Positions 52,020 to 64,000 of a DNA stretch of 64,000 nt are shown here, piece after piece. The notes beneath the pieces were generated by a model. The model was not told the DNA's origin, searched no databases, and saw only the letters and a list, made by a program, of their open reading frames with translations. Made by a program: the position numbers and the translations under genes. Origin of the DNA: Antedon mediterranea (Eukaryota; Animalia; Echinodermata); NCBI RefSeq assembly GCF_964355755.1, contig NC_092670.1:29128388-29192387 (forward strand), given 5' to 3'. The stretch's first letter is position 1, and every line of letters begins with the position of its first letter.

Positions 52020-52952
52020 CGCCCGTATTCTTAAACCGGACTTTAGTCGTAGTTCGAAGTTCGACTTGAAAAAGTCTATTAAAAAAAAAAACTATTACTT
52101 CAAATTCGATTAAAAAACGAAGTAGTCGAAGTTTGCAGTTCGACTTAATGAAGTCGAGCTTTTAGTCGAGTTGCACACGTCTGGGTAACAAAGGCTAAAC
52201 ATTAACCAATGACAAGAGAGTATTTGACGAGCAGACGAAATTTTGCGCATTGATATCACTTTCCATTTCTTACAAAACTTTTTACGCATCAGGACTATTA
52301 TACATGAAAAATAATTTTAATCATTAATTATTAGAACAAGATCAGTATTAATTTAACAGTGAAGTACTTTTGATTAACAACAAACAAAATCTTCAAAATA
52401 TATTTAGGAACCATGGAGGTACGGTAACTTTCATATTTTCTAGGCCTCCAACAAAGTATGATCGCGACGAACCACGCACTTCATAGCGTGACAAGAAAGC
52501 GCTAGGCCCCCTAAACATTCCATCGCGTGGTGAATTGCCGCATCTCCCATTGTCGCTATGGCGTGACGTAGTTCAAGTCGGACTTGCGCGAAGAAAATAA
52601 TGTAATTTGTATACAGTTGTAAATAAAGATGATTTTCATTATTATAACTTATACCAAAGTATATTTAATTAAGCTAATACAAATATAGATATTTCATTCT
52701 TCAATATCTGGCCAATATAACAACTCAATGACTGTTACGTTTTTTATAAACATCGTTTAAAAACCATTTAGTCGACCATTTAGCCTGCCCCCTCCAGGAC
52801 TAAAAAAATCGATCAAAATCCGTCTCGATTTAGTCGAGGTTGGCCTGATTTAGTCGGTGATTTAGTTGAAGTTCGGTTTATGAATTAAAATGACGTCATT
52901 TTCTTAGTTTTAGCTCGAACTACGACTAAAGTCCGGTTTAAGAATACGGGCG
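52020..52952. mobile_element. Harbinger-like MITE inserted in the R4/Dong-like element
   Basis: Perfect 38-bp TIR cgcccgtattcttaaaccggactttagtcgtagttcga and TSD TTA. Removing it restores EDCVRKES|KSLHGYL. Confidence 0.9.
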
Positions 52953-53786
52953 TTACTCTCTTTCCTTACACAGTCCTCAATGCTGATCAGCCCTCTTCCT
53001 TCTTCCTTCCTCGGTAAATATAGTCTCATGACATTACTTCTGGTATGCATACTTCCAACCATGAATGTGGTATAGTCTATCCACGTCATTGACAAGTTAG
53101 TTAGTCAGTCTTCTTCGGCAAATTCTTTAGGATTGCCTTGTCTACCAGTAAATGGTCCTTTGTTCCTCGTCCTCTTTTTCTGCAACCTTTTTGCTCATCA
53201 GCTAGAATGTCGTTCCCATCAAGGTGCTGGTACAGCTTTTCTCCCAAGATTCCAGTGAGTAGTATCCACATTATTGGCAGACAGGCAATAGGACGCTACT
53301 TGCCGGAGTACCCTTTGCAGGATTTTTTTCGAATTATTACTGTTCTTCCTTTTACCATCCACTCAGGCACCAACAGTCATTCAGGTGAAATTTTAATCTG
53401 TTGTGCAATACAGACACATTTTTTAACCAGTATCCCTGGACTAGGCCAGGTCCAGCTGCCTTCCAATTTGCCATCTTATTAACTGCTGTTTTGATATCTA
53501 CCATAGTTATTTTGTCATCATCTTGTATTTCAATTGCACTGAAACTTGTAAAGTGCCTTTCTCTTCGAGGCTGTATTTTCTATTCAATCGATCTTTTTCT
53601 TTGTGTTTTAACCTCATGTTTCCCTTTCGGCTTTCCTCGATCTTGCTGAGATCTTTTCTCCATGTTTCAATACTTTGTTTTATAAAAACATGGAGAAAAG
53701 ATCGAGGAAAGCCGAAATTATTATTATTACACTTCTTCCAACTAATAAATATGATAAAAGTGAATGCAACAAATGTGCCAACAAAC

Positions 53787-53920
53787 CTGAAGGTAGTACA
53801 AGTTGGTATCCATCTGCTGTGCTTTGTAGCACATCTTCTGGTATCTCCTCATCTTCTACCTCCTTCATGTCAACATCATATTTCTTTTCTCCATCATGAT
53901 TGTAATCAGGGTAGCTACTC
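53787..53920 (-). CDS. ZNF622: ZNF622 coding exon 4
   Basis: RSSYPD...YQLVLPSG with AG/GT boundaries, phase 2 in and phase 1 out. Confidence 0.9.
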
Positions 53921-54124
53921 CTGTTAAAACAATCAACAGTATGATTTAACATAATATGTTTAATTATAGAGGGTAAAATTTGAATGGTTCGCATACAAAA
54001 ATGTTATTCTAAAATTAATTTCTTTTTATAGATGTGTCAAGAAAAGTTGAAGACAAGAACAAGTCTAAGAAGATACAGCAAAGGGTGTTAATGAGCTAAC
54101 ACACAGCTTGTCACAATATAGGAG

Positions 54125-54320
54125 TGGAGTTGTGGCTTGGTGGTTATGATGCTTGGCTACCACTCCAAGGATCATGGGTTCAAGTCATATGTCAGGATTT
54201 TTTCTAAGGACAAAATTACTCCCAAAAACTTTGTTTATGTACAGCATCTTGTGTATATGTTTGTCTCGTCAACCTCTGACGGTCCTTAATGATCAGCAAT
54301 TGCTTATTTATTTATTTTTT
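54125..54320 (+). mobile_element. tRNA-headed SINE remnant
   Basis: A-box-like tggcttggtgg and B-box-like gggttcaagtc at tRNA spacing, with an (attt)n tail. Confidence 0.45.
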
Positions 54321-54994
54321 TATTTCAACAATATTTTAAAGGATGGTCCATCCAGCCAAAGCTAATCATTAGGCACCCTCACAGAAATACATCATGACAA
54401 GACATAAACATGTAACAATAAAAATTAAATTAAAATAAATAAAATTGATAAAGATAAAATAAAGCACAAACATTTTATAATCAAAAATTAAATAAATTAA
54501 ATTGGCCCTCTCAGAAGAAGTGATAGGAAAAAGTAAGAAAATAAACAAGAAGATGGTTCTTGAGGAAGGAAGAGTAAGATGTACAAGTCGGATATTCAGG
54601 CAAGTATAAAAGCATCTATGAGACTTTGACACACATTCTGAGGCAAAGGGTGTCAATGAGCCAACAAAATTATCATTTCTTACCCAAGACAAGGCAATTG
54701 ATAGCAATAACCACAGAATACCCAAACAAACCAGGGCTATTCTTGCTATATGTTTTGGAACATACACTACCATACTAGACATGCTGTGTTATTGAACAAA
54801 CCTGAGGTTTTAACATTAACAATCATACCAAGGCAATTCTTTGCAAGATTTTAATACAAAAATCTATGAGATTCACAAGCACTCATGGCATAGAAGTTAA
54901 TTAATGTAATCATATTGTACACTGTCTTATAGTTGCTGATTGTGACTTCCAATTACTAGGATTAATGAATTTTACAGAATAAAGTGTTTCTAAC

Positions 54995-55157
54995 CTGTAG
55001 TCATAGAAATCTGAAAACTCAAAAGCAGCATCTCCATCAAACTGCAGTTTACAATGACCTTTGTCTCTCATGTGTCGTTGTACTGCATCCAACGCATGAA
55101 ATGTTTTGCCTTGTTTGTTACACCACAAACAGACGAATCCACAGCCTACCTTTTCAC
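54995..55157 (-). CDS. ZNF622: ZNF622 coding exon 3
   Basis: GEKVGCGFVCLWCNKQGKTFHALDAVQRHMRDKGHCK...FSDFYDY, bounded by cag| and |gtta. Confidence 0.93.
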
Positions 55158-55333
55158 CTGTGAATAAAACAGGAAAAGTTTTTTTTTTTTTTACTCAGAT
55201 ATTTGCAAAAATAACAAATAATATGATTTATAGGAATAATAATATTGGCAATAAAAAGTTGAGATACTATTAATATATTCAATATAAAAGCAAATCAATT
55301 TTTTTGAGAAGTGTGCACTCCAATCAAACTCAC

Positions 55334-55534
55334 CTAAATAAGTGAAAAGCCCTTCAAGGTCTACTAAATACTCAATAAAAGGGAGAAAGAAGCTGTGATG
55401 GACTATCATATGATGTGAATTTTCGTCAATTGTCTTGCTAGACTTAAAGCAGAATAGACAGTCAGTAACTGGTATGGCATCACCTTCATAGTCCTCCCAC
55501 TCTTCATCGCTTACTTCTTCCACTTCCATATCAT
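55334..55534 (-). CDS. ZNF622: ZNF622 coding exon 2
   Basis: DCLFC...HMIVHHSFFLPFIEYLVDLEGLFTYLG. AG/GT boundaries are phase-compatible (phase 1/1). Confidence 0.93.
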
Positions 55535-55996
55535 CTAAGAAAAAAGTTGATAATGAATTTATAATTTCCAAAATAGTTGTTTTAATAGTATGCTTACAAT
55601 TATTTATGATATTAATAGTATAAACCCATCCTTAAAATTTGGAATAATTTTCATGAGAAATAGCCTCATGGCCTGGGTATATTGACTCATGTGTGATAGT
55701 TAGTCCATTTCTGTGGAATTTATTAAGTGACGTAGGAAGTAAAGCAATGAAATGAACCAACTAGAATTAGGATTTGGTATTTTTTAAGCTGTAGTTTTAA
55801 TATCAATGGGGGCATACATGCTTATTTCTCTACTAAAGTAAGGACTTAAAATGGCACAAAACAGGCTAGAATTAGACTTTAACTATACACTTGGTTATTA
55901 TCATAATTAAAGCTCTAACAAAAATACAATACAATATTAGTAGTGACTTGACCAATACCAAATTATAAAATCAAAATATTTAATTAATTATAATAC

Positions 55997-56456
55997 CTTC
56001 ATTATCAGCTGCAGCTGCTGCAGCATTTTTGTTTTTGTCAACATTTGCTTTTGATTGATTCTTTGTTTTCTTTTTATCATAATCATCACATATATTCTTT
56101 TCATTATTTTCTTCCAGTTTTTTCTCCTGTCGTTTTTCCTTCTGTTTCTCCAATTCTTTAGTAACTTTTGCTTCCTGTGCTTTATGTTTTTTCGACTGCA
56201 TATGATTAGCGTAAGCATTTTCTGTGTTGAAATTCTTGTTACAAACTTGACAGTAACTTTTTACTGACTGAGTTGATTGGGCTATTTGTGCTTGTTGTGA
56301 CAACACTCTTTGCCGGAACTCATCCGAAGTAATGGGTGACATATCTGCAACCTTGCGCTTTAAATTGTAACGATGCCAGTCAGATTTGTAATGTCCTCTC
56401 TGGACTTCTATGCTAGCAAATGCTACTCGGCATGTTATGCATGTGTAACTTGCCAT
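55997..56456 (-). CDS. ZNF622: ZNF622/REI1 60S ribosome maturation factor, coding exon 1
   Basis: MASYTCITCRVAF...QRGHYKSDWHRYNLKRKVA motif and second C2H2 finger YCQVCNKNF...YANHMQSKKH. An acceptor (ttcttcag) lies just upstream of the ATG, and there is a GT donor after 55997. Confidence 0.95.
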
Positions 56457-57214
56457 TTTGTAGTTCACACTGAAGAAAACAATTAAGTTGAATATTGATT
56501 TCATTATCAGTACAGTTACATTACATTTTGAAAATCATCAATGAATACTGGAAAACTTTGGAAAAAAAAAGCACATGGGCTTCTACTGTACTTTTTAGGA
56601 CTTGGGTGGGCTTCTTTTCGAGATGGGCTCCTTATTACTTTTGCAAACTGAAGGGGGAGGCTTGTATTAATGCTGTAAATTTTGTGAATTGCTACTAAAA
56701 TAATATGATTTTTGAGAATTGATAATTGTATATATTTGCTTAAAATGCATAAAAAAGTAGATACACCTTACAAGATGCAATTAAAGTACCATTTAGAAAA
56801 CAAGAAATTGTAGAATAAACATGAGGCTTAATTTGTTGAGATAATTAAGGGTTGTAAAGTCATTGAAATATACCATAACACAATCATACATTATTTCTTT
56901 GACATTCTAACGGTCTCTCAAAAAGGGTTAGGCACATTCAACATTATCCAATTCTGTTGTACAGTAGGCCTTGGGTGGGCGGCATGAAATAGGTATGTTT
57001 TATCTTGGTCACAATAAAATAACATTTTTTTTAAATTTCATTTTATTTAATTTGTCTCAAATTCAAAAATAGTGTGACCAAAGTAAAGCATGACTGATAT
57101 GATCAAAAGCATAGTTGGCAGGGCTCCACACCATTACTAAATATCACGACCAAAATAAAAAAAAGGCAACCAATTTCAAACATCATCGTCAATAGGTCAT
57201 GCTAATCTTTGACG

Positions 57215-57640
57215 GGTTTTGCAAGGAAGTGTGCTTGGTCCGCTTTTATTCTTACTTTTTATCATATATGATTTACCGAAAGTTGTACTAACAGAAGATA
57301 AGATGTTTGCTGATAATACCAAAGTGTATGATTATGGGGAATCCAAAGAAAATTTGCAGATCTCACTTGATAATATGTTCAATGCCAACAAGTGTAAGAT
57401 TTTTTATATAGGGAGATAATGTGACCCATGTCAACATTGTGGAAACTGCTATTGAAAAGGATCTCGCTATATACTTCGATAACAATTTTAACTTTGATTA
57501 CCATATTATAAATAACTGTGTTGCTAGGCAAAACAAATAGTGGGTCTCATAAAACGAACTTTTTGTTACAATGATTAGGAAATGTTTCTTTGCTTATTCA
57601 AATCTTTAGTCCGCCCTATCTTATATTATAGCACTAACTG
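57215..57640 (+). mobile_element. CR1-like LINE RT fragment
   Basis: QGSVLGPLLFLLFI.YDLP, FADNTK, FN..KCK and KSLVRPIL motifs. Confidence 0.8.
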
Positions 57641-58109
57641 TGTCAAGCTTGCCTGTTTAGATAGCCTAGATAGTAGGATTTACCTACCTAGCCTAGCTGA
57701 CTAGTGCCTCTAGGCTAGGCATACAGTAGTCCTAAATAGTGATATCTTACCATAGCGATATCTTACCTTAGTGATATAAGGAGGCCTTAGACTAGAGTAA
57801 TTTCTTTTACTTGTGGAGACGGCCTCCTCTCAAAGAATATAATTTTCATAGGTTTGAAAGTATAGAGTGTTGTGCATAAAACCATGTGAGGGTAGTTTGT
57901 GCCAGAGCTTTATCACTCTTATTATTTAAAAAAAGAGTCTCTAAACATTGTGTTATTTCGTGGGGGAATTAATTTGTAAAAGACCTTGTGAGTGGACCCT
58001 AGGCCTAGATTCAGGATGGAAGATATTGAAGAAACGCTGAAATTCAATATTTTCAATCTGGTGTATAAAGTTTAAAAACCTCTATCATGCCGTAGTATCA
58101 TTGGTTGTC

Positions 58110-58505
58110 AGACGATCGGGCCAAGCCGATCAGGCCCAGAAAATGAGGAGCATTAGGCCCGATCATCCCATATGTTGGCCTGATTGTCTCATGTGTTAGG
58201 AATCATGTTGGTCCGATACGCTTTTGCCGTCGTGTTCGCGTTTTATTTCTTTGGGCCCGATCATCTCGCGATTTGTGCCCAATCGTCTGGCCGATCGCCC
58301 ATGGTCCCGATCGTCTGTTCCCCGTATCCCTGGTTTTATTGCGACCAAAATAAAACGTGACCGATTTGGGTTCGATCGATCGTCTCCGCTCCTGATCATC
58401 TTAAAAGCTCGTTGGGCCCGATTGTCTCACGCTTTGGGCCCGATCGTCTCACAAATTGTCCCCGAACGGCGATCATCCGTGGTCCCAATTGTCTGTTCCC
58501 CGTAT
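58110..58505. repeat. GC-rich degenerate repeat tract built from GGCCCGATC motifs
   Basis: Many gg(c)ccgatc(gtc) variants and a duplicated cccgatcgtctgttccccgtatc segment. Probably a subterminal region of a DNA transposon. Confidence 0.5.
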
Positions 58506-59810
58506 CATTATATTAGTTAGGTACGAGTCAAAAAATTAAAAAAAACACATCATTTTCAAAAATTTTATTCAAATTGATCAACTACTTGATTTTATATTAA
58601 CTTTCTTTTATTTTATCTTTATTTTAATCAGAATTTTGGTATAAAAATAATTGTGACCTTTTTATAATCAATTTTTAATATTTTGTATAAAACATCTTTT
58701 TACTTCATAGATTTTTTTTTTTTACAGAATGAAGCTTGCAAAATTTACATTATGCTAGTAACATCCCCTCCCTACCCCCCAATATTTATTTACATTCCGA
58801 CCCATCCGGCCCCCCCCTTCATATTTATTTTCAGCTAGCCTAGCTAGCTGACTCTCTCTACTCTAGCCTCCAGGGTTATAGCCTAGCTAGTTAGAGGCCT
58901 AGCCTAGCCCTAGTATTATATATAGCCTATATTTTTTGGCTTACCTTAACCCTGCCTATAGAGGCCTAGGCTAGTAGTAGTGCTAGCCTAGATAGGCCCG
59001 GCCTAGCCTAGGGCCTAGGCTACCTAGTAGTAGGCCCTAGCTAGAATTAGATAGTTAGGCCTAACTAGGCTAGGCCTAGGCCTAGGCCTAGGCTAGGCCT
59101 AGGCCTAGATAGAGTCTTTAGATTGTAAATATAAAATAATACATAAAATGCACAATATCACTATTCAAAACTGGGATCCTAAACAGTACTTACCCTATGT
59201 TGTATTCTTTATAACAATAAATATTATTACATATAGGCGCGCCTCCTAATAAGCCTAGGCTCGGCCTAGCCTACCTCTTATTCCCACACCAAAATGAAGA
59301 AGTGTGTCCGCGAATGTTGTCAGGTATAGTATGTAGTTGTTTTTTGATAACAGAGAGCTATCACTTATGCCATCCTCGTATATAATTAATTTCGTACGGA
59401 AATACATTTAATTGATAATATCATTAGGTAGAGTATCCTTCTTACAATTAATTATCAGTAATATATATAACTTTTTAAATGTTAGGGATATATTTTAAAA
59501 TAACTATAAATAGATATATAATTACACAAACTCAAGATGTTCTTTTCTGCCTGAAACCTAGGCCCACCCTAGGCCTCCTCCTCTGTGCTCTCACTTCGTT
59601 CGTTTTGCTACCTGATCCGTGCAGGCCTAGGCCTAGGCTAGACTGGATATTATGATTGCAAGCCAAAAAGGTAGATTTAGAAGCATATTTTATTGATTAC
59701 CCATCATCAGTGTCACCCTTAACAGATAGTTAAGCTATATTTGTAGGTCATAGCTTATTTCAGACAATATTTTAGCCTCCAAAAAGGGCAGATTAGGCCT
59801 AGCCTAGGCC

Positions 59811-60573
59811 GGATGCTAGTCAAGTCGCCCCATCGCAAAGTCGCCCCATACAAAGTCGCCCCTTACACAGTCGCCCCATCGCAAAGTCGCCCCAAAACAA
59901 AGTCGCCCCGACACAGTCGCCCCATCGCAAAGTCGCCCCATCGCAAAGTCGCCCCAACGCAAAGTCGCCCCATCGCAAAGTCGCCCCATCACAAAGTCGC
60001 CCTATCGCAAAGTCAAAAATGAGCTGGTATCCAGGCGTAGGTTGAAGAAAGATTCGTAATTGTGGCTCTGGTAACTAATTTAACATTTTCGAAACTATAA
60101 ATCAGGGATAATCTTTTTAGAACTTTCAAACAAGGGACTATTTTTTTAATGATTTTTAAAAAGCACTTCATTAAAACCTGTAAAATAAAAATTAAAACAC
60201 AAATTATGTATATAATAGGATAAACATTGTAATGTAGGCCTAGGCCTACTATACGACATTTAGCGCGACCAAAGTAACAACGCAATCGATATCAAACGCA
60301 ACCGATATGATTAAAACAGCGTACTACTACGGCGGCGCTTCATAATCATACCGAAATAAAACCGTGGGCGACTTTGCGATGGGGCGCCTTTGCGATGGGG
60401 CGACTTTGCGTTGGGGCGACTTTGCGCTGGGGCGACTTTGTAATGGGGCGACTTTGCGATGGGGCGACTGTGCCTGGGCGACTTTGTTTTGGGGCGACTT
60501 TGCGATGGGGCGACTTTGTATTGGGCGACTTTGTATGGGGCGACTTTGCGATGGGGCGACTTGACTGGATCCC
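59811..60573. mobile_element. Fold-back MITE with inverted arrays of ~17-bp repeats, GG...CC termini, 8-bp TSD
   Basis: About 12x aagtcgccccatcgca on the left and about 12x tggggcgactttgcga on the right. Termini ..agtcaagtcgcccc/ggggcgacttgact.., flanked by cctaggcc. Confidence 0.8.
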
Positions 60574-61544
60574 CCTAGGCCTAGCCTATTATAGCCTATA
60601 GGCCTAGCTAGAAAGAGGCTAGGCCTAGGCTAGCTAGGGCCTAGGCCTAGTTAGGCTAGCATCTCGCTACTCTAGCTAGTAGTTTAGGCCTAGGTAGGCC
60701 TAGTACTACTAGGCCTATAGCCTAGCTGGCCTACTAGTACTAGGGCTAGCCTAGTCTTGCTAGGCCTAGAAAGAAGTAGTAGGCCTAGCTAGGCTACTAC
60801 GGATCCGCTACTACTACTAGCTAGGCTAGGCTACTAGGCCCACCTGGTTAGGGATCCCCTGGTTAGGCCCTACTAGGGAACTGGTAGGCTAGCTAGCTAG
60901 GCCTACTTACTAGCTAATAAATAAGTCTAGGCCTAGGCTGCCTAACTAGCTAGCTCTATGTATTCTAGTTAGGGCCTAGACTAGTTTATTAGGCCTTTGT
61001 TTAGGCTGATTAGGCCTGCCTAGTCCTAGTTAAATAAATAGGCATATAACCAGGCTCAGTCTAAACACTCTAGGCCTATCTATATGAGACCTGTGCTATT
61101 AATTATAGGACTAGACCTAGGGCCTTGCTAGCTAGCCAGCAGAATGGTCTAGAGAGGCATAGGCCTAGCTAGGGATAGGCTGGGGAGTCATAGACAGCCT
61201 ATCTATATAAAATATTATTATTTCATTGCTAATGCCAAGGTATTATTTAGGCCTGTTTATTTTCAGGTTGAAAGCAATGGATAAAGAGAGATTCAATTCT
61301 ACAACAAAAGTCAAACTCAAACTGATAATTAACAATGTTTCCAGTTAATTAATGTTAATTATTTTAATAGATTGTAGTGACCCTAACTACCTTACTGTTT
61401 GTGTATGGCTGTAATATTATATTAAATGTCATCACAATTAGTAAGGTTGTGAGGCTTCACAATTTCAAACAACTCTTCTTGTGTCTCTTCTTCATGTGGA
61501 TGGATTAAAAAATACTGTGAGTATTGTACACTCTTTATATGAAT

Positions 61545-63850
61545 ATATCATCAATCACAATATCAAATATGATCAGTGTAGTCAAAATTTGATAACTTAG
61601 CATGAATCTTTTAATATCTACATCATCAATAATTAATATTAATATAAATCTACATCACAATGTTGGATATGATCTTTGTAGTCAAAATTTGATAACTGAG
61701 CACGCATCTTTTAATAACTACCTTATCAATAACTATTAATAATGTCCTATATCACAATGTACAGTAGGATATGATCAGTGTTAGTCATAATTTGATAACT
61801 GAGCACGCATCTTTTAATATCTACCTCATCAATAATTAATATTAATATCATATATCACATTGTTCGATATGATCAGTGAAGTCAGAATTTGATAACTGAG
61901 CACGCATCTTTTAATATATACCTTATCAATGACTATTAATAATATCCTATATCACAATGTTGGATATGATTAGTGATTAGATAAATGAGCACGCATCTTT
62001 CAATATCTATTTCATCAATAATTATTTGTATTTTGTATTTGTATTTTTGTATTTGTATTATAATAATTATTATTAATAATTTATATCACATTGTTCGATA
62101 TGATCAGTGTAGTCATATTTGATAACTGAGCACGCCTCTTTCAATATCTATTTCATCAATAATTATTTGTATTTTGTATTTGTATTTTTGTATTTGTACT
62201 GTATTATAATAATTATTATTAATAATTTATATCACATTGTTCGATATGATCAGTGTAGTCATAATTTGATAACTGAGCACGCATCTTTCAATATCTATTT
62301 CATCAATAATTATTTGTATTTTGTATTTGTATTTTTGTATTTGTATTATAATAATTAATATTAATAATTTATATCACATTGTTTGATATGATCAGTGTAG
62401 TCATAATTTGATAACTGAGCACGCATCTTTCAATATCTATTTCATCAATAATTATTTGTATTTTGTATTTGTATTTTTGTATTTGTATTATAATAATTAT
62501 TATTAATCATTTATATCACATTGTTCAATATGATCAGTGTAGTCATAATTTGATAACTGAGCACGCATCTTTCAATATCTATTTCATCAATAATTATTTG
62601 TATTTTGTATTTGTATTTTGGTATTTGTATTATAATAATTATTATTAATAATTTATATCACATTGTTGGATATGATCAGTGTAGTCATAATTTGATAACT
62701 GAGCACGCATCTTTCAATATCTATTTCATCAATAATTATTTGTATTTTGTATTTGTATTTTTGTATTTGTATTATAATAATTATTATTAATAATTTATAT
62801 CACATTGTTCGATATGATCAGTGTAGTCATAATTTGATAACTGAGCACGCATCTTTCAATATCTATTTCATCAATAATTATTATTAATAATTTATATCAC
62901 ATTGCTGGATATGATCAGTGTAGTCATAATTTGATAACTGAGCATACATCTTTAAAAATCTACCTCATTAATAATTAATATTAATAATCTATATCACACT
63001 GTTGGATATGATCTGTTTAGTTTTTTAATATCTACCTTATCAATAACTATTAATAATATCCTATATCACAATGTTGGATATGATCAGTGTAGTCATAGTT
63101 TGATAACTGTGAGCATACATATTTTAATATCTACCTCATCAATAATTATTATTAATAATCTATATCACAATGTTGGATATGATTAGTGTAGTCATAATTT
63201 GATAACTGAGCACGCATCTTTCAATATCTATTTCATCAATAATTATTATTAATAATTTATATCACATTGTTGGATATGATCAGTGTAGTCATACAGTAAT
63301 TTGATAACTGAGCAAAAATCTTTTAATATCTACCTCATCAATAATTAATATTAATAATCTATATCACATTGTTCGATATGATCAGTGTAGTCATAATTTG
63401 ATAACTGAGCACGCATCTTTCAATATCTACCTCATCAATAATTAATATTAATATCATATATCACATTGTTCGATATGATCAGTGTAGTCATAATTTGATA
63501 ACTGAGCACGCATCTTTTAAAATCTACCTCATCAATAATTAATATTAATAATCATATCGCATTGTTCAATATGATCAGTGTAGTCATAAATTGATAACTG
63601 AGCAAAAATCTTTTAATATCTGCATCATCAATTAATATTAATAATCTATATCAAACTGTTGGATATGATCTGTTTAGTTTTTTAATATCTACCTTTTCCA
63701 AAATAATATTCTATATCACAATGTTGGATATGATCAGTGTAATCATAGTTTGAACTACCTCAACAATAATTAATATTAATTGTCTATATACCAATATCAA
63801 ATATCAGTGTAGGCCTAGTCATTTGATAACTGAGCATGCATCATTTTATA
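61545..63850. repeat. AT-rich tandem satellite, ~97-bp unit with 142-bp variant
   Basis: About 22 recurrences of gatatgatcagtgtagtcataatttgataactgagcacgcatcttt. Central units carry an extra (tttgta)n block. Confidence 0.95.
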
Positions 63851-64000
63851 TCTGCTTCAAATATTAATATTGTCCTAATATAATAAGTGGTTTGAAGGAT
63901 TTTTGCAGATGGCCTTTTTTGCATTGTAAAGTTTACACTTTAAAATCTGTCAATTTATCCAAAAAGGTCAAACTTTGACCTATTTCAATAAAATCATTTC

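Larger units (their letters stand above)
48760..53728 (-). mobile_element. RLE-type (R4/Dong-like) non-LTR retrotransposon, fragmented by nested insertions
   Basis: Minus-strand motifs RLYLPRKEEGRGLISIED, LHGEFVRQT and WLRNGFLKKE.EGL..AVQEQALRTN, a CRLC zinc finger, and a 3' piece at 48770-49000 (..LGTANILRKVL). (TAA)n tracts occur at both ends. Confidence 0.75.

Noticed and set aside
54369-54782. 137-aa hydrophobic minus-strand ORF in a ZNF622 intron
   Set aside because: It runs into low-complexity AT-rich sequence and looks like a decayed LINE 3' end, with no domain evidence.
59813-60601. CRISPR-like appearance and repetitive ORFs (KSPHRKVAP..., GRLCDGATLRW...)
   Set aside because: Units are about 17 bp with no unique 25-40-bp spacers, the two arrays are inverted, there are no cas genes and the context is eukaryotic. 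The ORFs are by-products of the repeat.
61255-61350. Plus-strand acceptor tttcag| followed by ATGGATAAAGAG (possible divergent gene)
   Set aside because: The ORF closes after about 23 codons and no supporting downstream exon is visible. It could be a non-coding exon but cannot be supported.
62119-62790. Three similar hydrophobic ORFs
   Set aside because: They are translations of the 142-bp satellite unit.

Overview
This is AT-rich eukaryotic (animal) genomic DNA, not prokaryotic. It is probably from a marine invertebrate deuterostome, inferred from the Deu-type SINE core and overall repeat make-up. Two spliced host genes can be assembled by hand, both on the minus strand. The first is ZNF622/REI1 (6 coding exons, 56456->46111, about 409 aa). 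The second lies about 3 kb downstream: a 136-aa protein with a hydrophobic N-terminus, a charged or coiled-coil linker and a C3HC4-type RING. Its three short exons (43032-42880, 29575-29510, 13800-13609) are spread over about 29 kb. The introns and flanks are full of mobile DNA. This includes an intact, very young Ty3/Gypsy element (identical 198-bp LTRs, single 1288-aa gag-pol ORF), an older decayed Gypsy with a Helentron-like insertion in its integrase, LINE fragments, Deu-core and tRNA SINEs, and a 5S-rRNA-headed SINE-like element. There are also many MITE families with 3-, 4-, 8- and 9-bp TSDs, tiny palindromic inserts with 7-bp TSDs that resemble P-element excision footprints, TAGGCC-rich palindromic tracts, and a 97/142-bp satellite at the right end. 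All coordinates were read by eye and may be off by a few bases. Family assignments come from motif recognition, not database searches.
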